Shown here in pieces: positions 48,875 through 58,966 of a stretch of 64,000 nucleotides of DNA. The notes beneath the pieces were generated by a model. That model was not told where the DNA came from. It saw only the letters and a list, made by a program, of their open reading frames with translations, and ran no database searches. The position numbers and the translations under genes are program-made. Each line of letters begins with the position of its first letter. Within the stretch, counting starts at the first letter, position 1. Location of the stretch: IMG/VR virus record IMGVR_UViG_3300024319_000011. The stretch is one strand, 5' to 3'. Source of the stretch: an uncultured virus (IMG/VR IMGVR_UViG_3300024319_000011). Its lineage: Duplodnaviria; Heunggongvirae; Uroviricota; Caudoviricetes.

Positions 48875-49538
48875 GTGTAAGTTTTGTGAGCGAGAATTTG
48901 CTAGAGAGAATACTCTAAGCGTCCACGTCTGTGAACAAAAGAAACGTTTTCAAGACAAAGATTCACCAGCAAGTCGTATAGGCTTTACTAACTTTCTACG
49001 CTTTTATGAAATGACACAAGGTTCAGCAAAGCAAAAAACGTTTGATGACTTTGCAACATCAGCATACTATAAAGCATTTATCAAGTTTGGTCACTATTGT
49101 GTTAATGCAAGAGTAGTTAATGCAGAACGTTTTGCTGATTGGTTATTAAAAAATAACAAACGTATTGATCATTGGGGCAGTGATAAACTATATGCAGAAT
49201 TCTTAGGTGACTGGGTATATAGAGAACCAGCAACAGATGCAATGGCTCGTGCATTAGAAACAGGAGTTGCCTGGGCATATGATACAACTAATCCAACAGA
49301 CGACTTTTTACGTTACGGTAATTCAAATAAGATATGTCATTTTATTACAACAGGTCGTGTAACAGGATGGACTATTTTTAATTGTGATTCGGGGCATGAA
49401 TTTTTAGAAAATCTAAGCCAAGAGCAGTTAGAGATAGTATATGAATTTATTGATCCAGAACGATGGGCTAAAAAACTAAAAGACTATCCAGGTGATACAG
49501 AGTATGTTAAAGAAATGTTAAAACAGGCAGGTTGGTAA
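48837..49538 (+). CDS. Zn-finger protein, possibly helicase loader (gp59-like)
   Basis: YKCKFCEREFARENTLSVHVC; helical body with ITTGRVTGWTIFNCD and WAKKLKDY. Confidence 0.45.
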   Translation: MAGTTNELKQTYKCKFCEREFARENTLSVHVCEQKKRFQDKDSPASRIGFTNFLRFYEMTQGSAKQKTFDDFATSAYYKAFIKFGHYCVNARVVNAERFADWLLKNNKRIDHWGSDKLYAEFLGDWVYREPATDAMARALETGVAWAYDTTNPTDDFLRYGNSNKICHFITTGRVTGWTIFNCDSGHEFLENLSQEQLEIVYEFIDPERWAKKLKDYPGDTEYVKEMLKQAGW

Positions 49539-50122
49539 TGAAGTTTGATGCAGACATAGATATAGATTTTGCAGATAGAGAAGATATATTAAAACATATC
49601 AAACATGTGTCTGCACGACAAGAACACAAAGATGGTGTGCGTAAACATAACTCTGGTGTGTATGTAACAGAAGTTCCCTATGATCCAATCAATGACTGTG
49701 CAAGTATAGACTATGAAACAGCAACTGAACGAGGATATGTTAAAATTGACTTTCTTAATGTTAATGTTTACAAGTTAATTAAAGATCAAACACAGTATGA
49801 TCAATTGTTAGCACAAGAACCTGATTGGGGATTATTAAAAGATAAGGACTTTGTAGAAAAGATTATACATATTGGTAATCATTATGATTTGATTAAAGAT
49901 ATGGAAGTAAATTCAATTCCAAGAATGGCTATGTTCTTAGCACTAATACGTCCTGGCAAAAGACACTTGTTAGGTAAAGACTGGAACGAAATCAGTAAAG
50001 ACATTTGGACAGTACCAGATGACGGTAGTTACTATTTTAAAAAAGCACATGCAGTCAGTTATGCTGTATTGGTTGCGTTGCATATGAATCTAGTCAATGA
50101 AAGTCTACGTACACAAGGATAG
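49538..50122 (+). CDS. Miniature DNA polymerase III alpha (DnaE)-like catalytic core, 194 aa
   Basis: DIDIDF, KHNSGVYV, GYVKIDFL, ALIRPG, FKKAHAVSYA in DnaE order. Confidence 0.8.
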   Translation: MKFDADIDIDFADREDILKHIKHVSARQEHKDGVRKHNSGVYVTEVPYDPINDCASIDYETATERGYVKIDFLNVNVYKLIKDQTQYDQLLAQEPDWGLLKDKDFVEKIIHIGNHYDLIKDMEVNSIPRMAMFLALIRPGKRHLLGKDWNEISKDIWTVPDDGSYYFKKAHAVSYAVLVALHMNLVNESLRTQG

Positions 50123-51086
50123 CACAATACGTGATGTCTGTGACATCCGTGAAGAAAGATACTACTCAGTAGAATATCTCAAAACACTGCCTGACAATAC
50201 AATACAAATAATTCCAATCAAGTATGATGACACGTACTTTTTAGATTACATCAAACAATCAAATGCTACTATTATATTAGAAAATCTAGTCGAAGGTGGC
50301 GATACATTTATGCGTATGCTAGACAACCAAGGACTACTTAAAGGTGCCTTAGAAGGTCGCTACGCAACGATCTCTTCTGGCGAGCTACCAGAGACAATCA
50401 ATAATTTTAATACAAATTATATGATGTATAAAACTGCTGAAGTTAACGAACATAACAAACATATTGCTTACAGTAGGCACGAAAGAGATTATGATTTCTT
50501 ATTCCTAAACAACAGACCAAGAACACACAGAATAGAATTAATAAATCAACTTGAGAAAGAAGGCTTATTAGAGACAGCATTGTGGACTCATATCACAGAG
50601 GGCAGACGACTACCTAGGGAATTTGAAAAGAATGATATTACATTTGAAAGTTTAATAGATTGGCAACGTTGGGACGCCGGTGAATGTATAACACAACAAT
50701 ACTTTGACACTTACTTTAGCTTACAAGCTGAGTCAACTGTGTTACACCGTTATAGTTTCTTTACTGAAAAAACCTGGAAGCCTATTATTGCTAATCACAA
50801 TTGGATTACACTAGGCAGTGCTAACCATTATGAAGAATTACGTAAGCTAGGATATGAAGTTCCTAAATGGGAGTGGACTACAAGAGAAGATTGGCAAGAC
50901 AGACTCAAAGGTTGCATAGAGCAAATCAAAATACAAAAAGAGTACGGACTACATCAATGGGATATAGATACTAGACCCGAACGTAGACATAATCAAGATG
51001 TTTTTTGGAAACAATACGATGAATATTATTGGACTACAAGGCAAGAATTAGAACAGTGGTTTAGTGATTTGGGTGGAGATATTTAA
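50097..51086 (+). CDS. Putative glycosyltransferase (GT10-like C-terminal motif)
   Basis: FLFLNNRPRTHR, AEST...FFTEKTWKPI, LRKLGY. Confidence 0.5.
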   Translation: MKVYVHKDSTIRDVCDIREERYYSVEYLKTLPDNTIQIIPIKYDDTYFLDYIKQSNATIILENLVEGGDTFMRMLDNQGLLKGALEGRYATISSGELPETINNFNTNYMMYKTAEVNEHNKHIAYSRHERDYDFLFLNNRPRTHRIELINQLEKEGLLETALWTHITEGRRLPREFEKNDITFESLIDWQRWDAGECITQQYFDTYFSLQAESTVLHRYSFFTEKTWKPIIANHNWITLGSANHYEELRKLGYEVPKWEWTTREDWQDRLKGCIEQIKIQKEYGLHQWDIDTRPERRHNQDVFWKQYDEYYWTTRQELEQWFSDLGGDI

Positions 51087-51461
51087 TTACATTCTGCGTA
51101 CTAGTGTAATTGATTTTTTCTTAGTACGTTTCTTAGCAAGTTCATTTAATGATGTAGCAGGTCCGTATAGTATTTCTAAATCTTTATTAATAAATGTTTG
51201 CAAATAAGGTTTAAACTGAGCCCATTCTTCACGTAAGAATATGTTGATTGGAATACTTCTGTTTGATTCCCACCACCAAGTTTCTGCAAGTTGTAAAAAT
51301 GTTTGTTTAAGATCCAGATCTACTATACGACCAAAGTCATACATAGTAGTTACTATTTGATCACGGTTCTGTACTATGCCTACATATTCGGCACGACCGT
51401 ACATCACAACAGTGATAAATGGATACTTCTCTGATAGCTGTTTAAAAAAGTCGCTTGACAT
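51087..51461 (-). CDS. Hypothetical protein
   Basis: KYPFITV...EYVGIVQN...WWWESNRSIPINIFL; start moved to MSSDFF. Confidence 0.7.
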   Translation of the reverse strand: MSSDFFKQLSEKYPFITVVMYGRAEYVGIVQNRDQIVTTMYDFGRIVDLDLKQTFLQLAETWWWESNRSIPINIFLREEWAQFKPYLQTFINKDLEILYGPATSLNELAKKRTKKKSITLVRRM

Positions 51462-51497
51462 AAAATTAATTAATAGTTTACGATAAATATACGTACA

Positions 51498-52250
51498 ATG
51501 TATAATACTCAAGTCTATTTATATCAACAGAATCAATTGGTAATATTAAACGATTATACCAATAGCGAAATAACTCAAGTGAGGTGGGCACCCGTGTACG
51601 CAAAAGATTTAAAACTACATAAAGGAACAGACACAGTCTTAACTTTTAGATTTCAAAACCAGGATCAAAAGGCTGTAAATTTAACAGATACAACTGTAAC
51701 ATTTAGATTAATTGATAGAGAGGGTGAAGAACTTATCCTGGCTAAAGATTTAGAAATGCTTGACGCAGTTAAAGGTAAAGCCAAAGTTACTATAACAGAA
51801 GCTGAGCTCGATACAGTATCAACACAGAATGCACAATACAGTTTAGAACGTAAATTAACATCAAGTTCTACTTATGATCCAACATTTGTTGATGACGATG
51901 CCAATGCCCGCGGTACTTGTCAAATATTAGATTCAGTATTACCAAAACACACTGCAAGCCGTGCAGTTACTATTCCAGATCACGGTGACGATACAACATA
52001 CAATTCAAGTACCTGGAACGGCAACGATCAAGGCTTGATAACACTTCAATATACACCTACTGCATTTACAGGTAGTTTACAGGTAGAGGGTGCTGTTGAC
52101 GATTCAGGTCAATGGTATGATGTTGAGTCAGCAGTATCATTATCTTCAAGCTCAGACACAGGCTATATAAATATCAATGGATTTCATCCGTACTTAAGAT
52201 TAAACATTACAGAAACTTCGGGTTCAGTAGCAAGTATAAAAATAAGATAA
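51498..52250 (+). CDS. Late beta-sandwich structural protein (BppU-like)
   Basis: Late promoter at 51482; KGTDTVLTFRFQNQDQKAVNLT...KGKAKVTI. Confidence 0.55.
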   Translation: MYNTQVYLYQQNQLVILNDYTNSEITQVRWAPVYAKDLKLHKGTDTVLTFRFQNQDQKAVNLTDTTVTFRLIDREGEELILAKDLEMLDAVKGKAKVTITEAELDTVSTQNAQYSLERKLTSSSTYDPTFVDDDANARGTCQILDSVLPKHTASRAVTIPDHGDDTTYNSSTWNGNDQGLITLQYTPTAFTGSLQVEGAVDDSGQWYDVESAVSLSSSSDTGYININGFHPYLRLNITETSGSVASIKIR

Positions 52251-52251
52251 A

Positions 52252-52968
52252 TTGAATATAAAACAACTAGCAGTATTTGGTGATAGTTGGGTATATGGAG
52301 ATGAATTAATTGACCCTGCTCATCCAGAGTGGGAGTGTTGTGATCACTACAATAATGATTATAGACTCAGTCATTGCTTCTCAGGCCTAATTGCAAAAGA
52401 ACTTGGTGTACCTTATGAAAATTTTGGTCACCCAGGTGGTAGTCTGCAGTCTGCAATTTGGACTTTCCTTTGGTTTTTAGAAAATAGAGATTGGACCGAT
52501 ACACTCTGTGTTATTGGACTAACATCACCTAATAGACAAACTTGGTATAATCCAGAACATGAACATATGGGAGATGATCCTGAATGGAATAAGTTTATAC
52601 ATTCTACTTGGATAAACTTTGGTAGCGACAGTATCAGTCCTGAATGGCAAAAGTTTGGCAAACACTATGTCGCTTATAGTGAAGACGATAAATTATCACA
52701 GTATAACTATCAACAGGCAGTTTATTTGTTTGACGGCTTAGCTAAAATTAAAAACATTCCACTAGTACAATTTAACTTATATGAACCAGAAACTGTGATC
52801 AATGGCTGTGATACACTGTTATGGCCTGATCAGAATATGCAAGGAACACTGTTAGACAGACCAGACGTTAATCAAATACACGCACCAGGAAATCATCCAA
52901 ATGAACTTGGGCATTCTATCGTATCAAAAGAGTTGTTATCCAAAATAAATGATGTTATACTAACTTAA
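52252..52968 (+). CDS. SGNH/GDSL hydrolase-like protein
   Basis: FGDSW, NFGHPGGS, NHPNELGH; TTG start. Confidence 0.7.
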   Translation: MNIKQLAVFGDSWVYGDELIDPAHPEWECCDHYNNDYRLSHCFSGLIAKELGVPYENFGHPGGSLQSAIWTFLWFLENRDWTDTLCVIGLTSPNRQTWYNPEHEHMGDDPEWNKFIHSTWINFGSDSISPEWQKFGKHYVAYSEDDKLSQYNYQQAVYLFDGLAKIKNIPLVQFNLYEPETVINGCDTLLWPDQNMQGTLLDRPDVNQIHAPGNHPNELGHSIVSKELLSKINDVILT

Positions 52969-53939
52969 TGTTAGATATTACGACTGTTATTCCTAGTAAG
53001 CATAAAAGAACTGCCTCTGGTTGGGTAAGTTTTAATGCTGTCTGTTGTACACATAATGGTGAGAATCAAGATAAAAGACAGCGTGGGGGCATTAAACAAA
53101 ACGGCGATGATTGGTCATATCACTGTTTCAATTGTGGATACAAAGCAAGTTTTAAACTAGGACGTACATTGAGCTATAAAGCACGTAAGCTGTTAGGTTG
53201 GATGGGCTTAGATCAAAATACAATATCAGGTATAAACTTAGAAAGTCTAAAACACAAGGATCTAGCAGAGCTAGTAGAAACAAGAAAGCGTGTAGAAGTT
53301 AAGGTTACATTTGAACACAAAGAATTACCTAAAGAGCTACGCTTGTTAGAAACTAGTGATAATACATTTATAGAATACCTGCGTGATAGAAAGATTGATT
53401 GGCAAGATTATCCCTACATGATAAGTCCTGATGAAAAAGGTCGTAACGCAAAACGTATTGTAGTTCCGTATACTTACGAAGGTGATGTAGTAGGATGGTC
53501 TGGTCGATACTTAGATAATCGTACTCCAAAGTTTATCAATGAACAACAACCAGGTTATGTGTTTGGTCTTGATCTACAACAAGAACACTGGACACAGTTA
53601 ATTGTAGTAGAAGGATTGTTTGATGCGTTGAGTATTAACGCAGTAGCAGTTTTGCACAACACAGTCAATGACAAACAAGCACAGATTATAAAACAGCAAC
53701 ACAAACAAATAACAGTAGTGCCAGATCAAGATGAAGCTGGGCTAAAACTAATTGATCGTGCTGTTGAACTAGGATGGGCAGTAAGTATTCCAGACTGGCC
53801 TGAACATATTAAAGATGTAAATGATGCTGTAAAACATTATGGTAAATTAGGTACATTGATAACTATTATGAACACTAGAGAAACTAGTAAAATTAAAATT
53901 GAATTGGCAAAAAGAAAACTTGTTAAAAAAGTCAAATAA
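52968..53939 (+). CDS. gp61: DNA primase (gp61/DnaG-like)
   Basis: Zn-binding CC...HCFNCG; TOPRIM VEGLFDA, PDQDEAG, KDVND. Confidence 0.9.
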   Translation: MLDITTVIPSKHKRTASGWVSFNAVCCTHNGENQDKRQRGGIKQNGDDWSYHCFNCGYKASFKLGRTLSYKARKLLGWMGLDQNTISGINLESLKHKDLAELVETRKRVEVKVTFEHKELPKELRLLETSDNTFIEYLRDRKIDWQDYPYMISPDEKGRNAKRIVVPYTYEGDVVGWSGRYLDNRTPKFINEQQPGYVFGLDLQQEHWTQLIVVEGLFDALSINAVAVLHNTVNDKQAQIIKQQHKQITVVPDQDEAGLKLIDRAVELGWAVSIPDWPEHIKDVNDAVKHYGKLGTLITIMNTRETSKIKIELAKRKLVKKVK

Positions 53940-53954
53940 CGTATAATTAAACAT

Positions 53955-55370
53955 ATGGCAAAAGAAAACAATAAAGAATACACATTAGAAATGCAAAAAC
54001 TGTTTTTGGAGATGATGCTCCAGGACGCTGAAAGCTATGTGCGTGTGCAGAACATTTATAATCCAGAAAACTTTGATCGTAGTTTACAAAGTGTAGCTGA
54101 GTTCATTAAAGAACATATAGAGAATCATAAAAGCATTCCTACACTTGAACAAGTAAAAGCAGTTACAAATGTGCAGATGCAACATGTGCCTGACTTAACT
54201 GAAGAGCATTATGGTTGGTTCTTTGAAGAGTTTGAAGGCTTTACTAGACGTCAAGAACTAGAACGTGCTATTCTTAAGAGTGCAGACTTATTAGAAAAAG
54301 GTAATTACAACCCAGTAGAAAAACTAATCAAAGAAGCAGTGCAGATTAGTTTAACTAAAGACATGGGTACAGATTACTTTGATGATCCTAAAGGTAGATT
54401 AGAATTACTTAAAAGTAAAAACGGACAAGTATCAACAGGTTGGCCAATGTTAGATAGACCATTGTATGGTGGATTTAACAGAGGTGAGCTACAGATATTT
54501 GCTGGTGGATCAGGATCAGGTAAGAGTTTGGTTATGCAGAACTTGTCAGTAAATTGGAGTCAGCAAGGACTTAACGGTGTGTACATATCCTTAGAGCTAA
54601 GTGAAGGACTGTGTGCAATGCGTATTGATAGTATGATGACTAACACATCATCAAAAGAAATATTTAAGAAACTTGAAGATGTTGAAATGAAAGTTAAGTT
54701 AGTTGGTAAGAAGTCGGGTAAACTACACATCAAATATATGCCAGCACAATCAAACGTTAATGACATTAGAGCATACTTGAAAGAACTAGAAGTACAGACA
54801 GGTAAGAAGACAGACTTTTTATGTGTTGACTATTTAGATTTGATTATGCCTGTGAGTGCTAAAGTTAGCCCAAATGATTTATTTGTTAAAGACAAATACG
54901 TATCAGAAGAATTAAGAAACTTGGCAAAAGAATTAGATGTTATATTTGTTACAGCTTCGCAGTTAAATAGAGGAGCAGTAGAAGAAGTAGAGTTTGATCA
55001 TAGTCACATTGCAGGTGGGTTAAGTAAAATTAATACAGCTGATAATGTGTTTGGTATATTTACAAGTCGTGCAATGCGAGAACGTGGAAGATATCAAATA
55101 CAGTTAATGAAAACTAGATCAAGTTCTGGTGTTGGCAGTAAAGTAGATCTAGAGTTTAATTTAGAAAGTTTAAGAATAACAGACCTAGGTGAAGAAGCAC
55201 AAGAAGGGTATACTAGACAAGCACCAAGTGACTTGATGAAATCAATTAAAACAACTACAACAGTTGGCGAACAGCCTGTAGCAAATGTAGAAGGTGAGCA
55301 ACCTAAAGTTACAGGCGAAGTACAAAGTAACAAATTGAAACAGATGTTAGGCAACTTAAAATCCAAGTAA
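53955..55370 (+). CDS. gp41: Replicative DnaB-like helicase (gp41-like)
   Basis: STGWPMLD, GGSGSGKS, ISLE, VDYLDL, TASQLNR, KTR. Confidence 0.92.
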   Translation: MAKENNKEYTLEMQKLFLEMMLQDAESYVRVQNIYNPENFDRSLQSVAEFIKEHIENHKSIPTLEQVKAVTNVQMQHVPDLTEEHYGWFFEEFEGFTRRQELERAILKSADLLEKGNYNPVEKLIKEAVQISLTKDMGTDYFDDPKGRLELLKSKNGQVSTGWPMLDRPLYGGFNRGELQIFAGGSGSGKSLVMQNLSVNWSQQGLNGVYISLELSEGLCAMRIDSMMTNTSSKEIFKKLEDVEMKVKLVGKKSGKLHIKYMPAQSNVNDIRAYLKELEVQTGKKTDFLCVDYLDLIMPVSAKVSPNDLFVKDKYVSEELRNLAKELDVIFVTASQLNRGAVEEVEFDHSHIAGGLSKINTADNVFGIFTSRAMRERGRYQIQLMKTRSSSGVGSKVDLEFNLESLRITDLGEEAQEGYTRQAPSDLMKSIKTTTTVGEQPVANVEGEQPKVTGEVQSNKLKQMLGNLKSK

Positions 55371-55376
55371 TATTAG

Positions 55377-56369
55377 ATGTATAGTATCAAAGACGTCAGG
55401 CATCTGCATTTAGAAATATCTAGCCTATGTAATGCTCGTTGTCCACTATGCCCTCGTAACTTCCACGGTTACCCCTATAATGATGGATATATAGAAAGAA
55501 ACCTCACACTTGAAGATGTTAAAAAGATATTTGAACCCAACTTTGTAAAACAGTTAACAGGAATAATGATCAATGGTAACTTTGGAGACTGTGTTATGAA
55601 TACAGAAACTCCGGCAATAGTCAAATACTTTCGACAACATAATTCCAACCTAGAAATAAAAATAAACACCAACGGCGGAGCAAGAAGTAAACAGTTTTGG
55701 CAACAGTTAGCTGAGTTAGATGCTCACGTACTGTTTGCATTAGACGGACTAGCTGATACACATTCAATATACAGACAAGACACTGTGTACGAAACAGTGT
55801 TAAAAAATGCTAAGACTTTTATTAAAGCAGGTGGTCAAGCTACATGGAAGATGATTCCATTTGATCATAATCAGCATCAAATTAAAACTTGCCGAGAACT
55901 GAGCAAGCAACTTGGATTTAGTAATTTTACATTAACAGACCAAGGTAGAGACACTGGTATTGCTGTTGATAAAAAAGGCAAGGTAGTTAACCTGTTGGGC
56001 ACACCTAAAAAGATTAATTTTGAACAGCTATTACAATCTAAAAAAACTGATCAAGTATTGTTAGAAGATCTTGACCCCAAAGTTAAACAAATAACCTGCG
56101 AAGTAAAGAAAAGTAAATCAATATATGTAACATCAACAGGTGAAGTGTATCCTTGTTGTTATACTGGCTTTTATCCAAGAACATACGGACACGGTCAGTA
56201 CTATGAAGTAGTTAATAAACAGTTAAAAAATATTATTGAACCTAACAATGCCTTAGAAACTTCATTAGAAGAAAGCATTGGGTGGTTTAATATAATAGAA
56301 CAGAGTTGGAACACTGAAGACTTTAAACAAGGCCGCTTACTGATATGTAATGATGTGTGCGGTTCCTGA
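55377..56369 (+). CDS. Radical SAM enzyme with C-terminal SPASM/twitch-like domain
   Basis: CNARCPLC (CxxxCxxC); NTNG; C...GEVYPCC...CNDVC. Confidence 0.88.
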   Translation: MYSIKDVRHLHLEISSLCNARCPLCPRNFHGYPYNDGYIERNLTLEDVKKIFEPNFVKQLTGIMINGNFGDCVMNTETPAIVKYFRQHNSNLEIKINTNGGARSKQFWQQLAELDAHVLFALDGLADTHSIYRQDTVYETVLKNAKTFIKAGGQATWKMIPFDHNQHQIKTCRELSKQLGFSNFTLTDQGRDTGIAVDKKGKVVNLLGTPKKINFEQLLQSKKTDQVLLEDLDPKVKQITCEVKKSKSIYVTSTGEVYPCCYTGFYPRTYGHGQYYEVVNKQLKNIIEPNNALETSLEESIGWFNIIEQSWNTEDFKQGRLLICNDVCGS

Positions 56370-56399
56370 TAAATACTATCACTAACGGAAACTTAACTT

Positions 56400-56645
56400 A
56401 TGCAACGTAAAACAAAAAGTATTTTAGATGAACTGAGCTCAATGCACATTAGCAAAGACAGAAACCACTTAGTGGAAAGTCGTGCTAATAACATTATTCA
56501 ATCTGCTATCAATATTTTTGAACAGATTGATAATCTATACGATTCTGAAGCGGCAGAAGATTTACAGCGTAAGTTTGTTAACGCAATTAAATCAAGAGAC
56601 CCTAAAAAGTTTTCCCGATCAGTGAGACGTAAAGATGAAGATTAA
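56400..56645 (+). CDS. Small hypothetical late protein
   Basis: Late promoter at 56368; MQRKTKSILDEL. Confidence 0.7.
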   Translation: MQRKTKSILDELSSMHISKDRNHLVESRANNIIQSAINIFEQIDNLYDSEAAEDLQRKFVNAIKSRDPKKFSRSVRRKDED

Positions 56646-57165
56646 TGAAATTGTTCAAGAAGGTATACTAGATAACCTTAAAGGTAAAATTGGTAGATAC
56701 CAAAATGCTCAGGCAATGAAGCAAGCTGGTGTACTTGGTGCACGTGCCTGGAAAAAGTACCTTGCTGGTTTAGAAGCCGCAAATGACTACAACGAAATAC
56801 AACCAGGACTAGTTAAAACACATTTACGTAATTGGATTGATCAATCATTATTCGGAAGGTATAGTTTAAATACTGCACCTGGCCCGATACAGCAAAGCGT
56901 CAATGCTTTTATTGGACAACTTGCTCAAGATCCTAAAGATACTACTAAGTTAGAAAAAGCATTTTCTGCAATTCTTAACCAAACACGTAAGATGCAGTTA
57001 GACCCAGGTGCAAAATCTACACAACAAAAACCAGTTGCTGGCGGCAAACAAATATGTGACCAACCAACAAAACAAATTGGTAATTCATTATTTGTGTGCG
57101 GACAAGAAATAAAACAAGGCGATCCAGGATATGATGAGCTTGTTAAAAAACTGGGCGTAGAATAA
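56635..57165 (+). CDS. Putative internal head protein
   Basis: MKINEIVQE N-terminus. Confidence 0.6.
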   Translation: MKINEIVQEGILDNLKGKIGRYQNAQAMKQAGVLGARAWKKYLAGLEAANDYNEIQPGLVKTHLRNWIDQSLFGRYSLNTAPGPIQQSVNAFIGQLAQDPKDTTKLEKAFSAILNQTRKMQLDPGAKSTQQKPVAGGKQICDQPTKQIGNSLFVCGQEIKQGDPGYDELVKKLGVE

Positions 57166-57166
57166 C

Positions 57167-58966
57167 ATGCAAATAATCGAAGGCGGAAACGTATTTAAAG
57201 ATGAGAAAGGTACAGCGTTAACTAAACGTATCAATCTTGTCGACGTTAAGCCCACTGTTAAGTATTTAGAATCGTTAACAGGACTTTCCCTACTAGATAA
57301 CATGCTAGGGTCAACAGGCAAAAAACCTACATCAGGTGACTTAGATCTTGCAGTAGATGCAAAAAAACATACCAAAGATGAAGTATACAACAAATTAATT
57401 GCAAAAGGTGCAAGTCCCCAGGACGTTGCTAAATCAGGCGACTCAGTCCATTATAAGTGCCCAATCAACGGTGATCCAATGAACGGATATGTGCAAGTTG
57501 ACTTTATGTTTGGTGATCCTAAATGGCAACAATTTGCATTAAATGCAAGTTCTGATTCAGAATTTAAAGGTGTACACCGTGCAATACTATTAGCTAGCAT
57601 TGCCAAAGCAAGAGGTATGAAATGGTCATACAAATACGGACTAGTATCAAGAGAAACAAATAAAGTTATTTCAAATGATCCAGATGAAATTGCAAAAATG
57701 CTAATAGGCGGAACACGTAAAGATCTAGCAAGTGTAGAAACAATTATTGCACAAGCACAAAAGAACAACGACTATGAAGAACTAGTAGCAGACGCAAGAG
57801 AATACTTTGCTAAGGATGGACTACAATTTGAATCAACAGAAGTTAATTGGATTGCTCGTACAAGAGATAGACTTATTAATCAAGGTATGCAGGTTATTAC
57901 AGAAGCGGCTCGTATTGAACATCCTGAAGATATGATCTTTGATAGTGGAAGCCAAGGTGCATTAAAAGCTGTTACTGATTTAAAAACATTACCGCAAAAA
58001 GCCAAAGACATTACAATTAAATGGGACGGTAAGCCAGCAATTATATTTGGACGTGATGAAGATGGCCAGTTTGTATTAACAGATAAGTCAGGCTTTACAG
58101 CTAAAACATATCAAGGACTAGCACGTTCTCCAGAAGAGCTAGAAAAAGTAATGCAAATGAGAGGCGGCGATCGTACAGAATTAATTAACATGTACAAAGC
58201 ACTATGGGCACCATTAGAAGCACAGACACCAAAATCAATGACAGGTTATCTCAAAGGTGATTTATTATATACAGGTACTCCAAGCAAACAAGGAAACAAA
58301 TACGTGTTTACACCAAACACTGTTACATACTCAGTTGATGCAGATACTGACTTAGGTAAACAGATTGGAACTAGTAAAGCAGGTGTAGCAATACATACAC
58401 GTTTAACTGACCCACAAGATGCAGGAACACCGTTCTATGCAGTAGAACAACTGCCAACAGGCCCTGTGTTATTTGTAGGACCTAAAATGAAAGATACGCC
58501 TAAGGTAGATATACCAACAGATAGATTAGAACAAATTGAAAAAACAGTTAAGGCTAGCCAAGGTGCTATTGATGCTTTCTTTTCACCTAACAACCTACGT
58601 GAGATACAGATGGCAAACTTACCAGCTTTAATGAAACAGTATGCCAACTTTAAAGTTAGAGAAGGTAACTTTGATAACATGGCTGAAAACTTTTTAGCAT
58701 GGGCAACAACTAAAGTAAGTGCACCTAAAGCACAAAGACTAGAACAATATATTAACAATAATATGAAGATAGTAGAATTAATATTTTCTATCTTTAAGGC
58801 CATTGCTGTTATTAAGACACAGGTAGTTAGAGCGTTAGATCAACAAGGCGGTGGTATAACAGCATCAATAGATGGCGAGTCAGGGCATGAAGGTTATGTA
58901 GCAGGTGGACTTAAATATGTTGATCGTTTAAGATTTTCAAAATCAAACTTTGCGAAGAATGTATAA
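57167..58966 (+). CDS. Fusion of Pol-beta-type nucleotidyltransferase and ATP-dependent ligase-like domain
   Basis: LGSTGKKPTSGDLDLAVD...VQVDFM; then HPED, IKWDG, KGDLLY, EGYV, KYVDR. Confidence 0.65.
   Translation: MQIIEGGNVFKDEKGTALTKRINLVDVKPTVKYLESLTGLSLLDNMLGSTGKKPTSGDLDLAVDAKKHTKDEVYNKLIAKGASPQDVAKSGDSVHYKCPINGDPMNGYVQVDFMFGDPKWQQFALNASSDSEFKGVHRAILLASIAKARGMKWSYKYGLVSRETNKVISNDPDEIAKMLIGGTRKDLASVETIIAQAQKNNDYEELVADAREYFAKDGLQFESTEVNWIARTRDRLINQGMQVITEAARIEHPEDMIFDSGSQGALKAVTDLKTLPQKAKDITIKWDGKPAIIFGRDEDGQFVLTDKSGFTAKTYQGLARSPEELEKVMQMRGGDRTELINMYKALWAPLEAQTPKSMTGYLKGDLLYTGTPSKQGNKYVFTPNTVTYSVDADTDLGKQIGTSKAGVAIHTRLTDPQDAGTPFYAVEQLPTGPVLFVGPKMKDTPKVDIPTDRLEQIEKTVKASQGAIDAFFSPNNLREIQMANLPALMKQYANFKVREGNFDNMAENFLAWATTKVSAPKAQRLEQYINNNMKIVELIFSIFKAIAVIKTQVVRALDQQGGGITASIDGESGHEGYVAGGLKYVDRLRFSKSNFAKNV

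Noticed and set aside
31187..55370. Inteins or introns in terminase, uvsX, uvsW, primase or helicase
   Set aside because: All are normal length with uninterrupted motifs.
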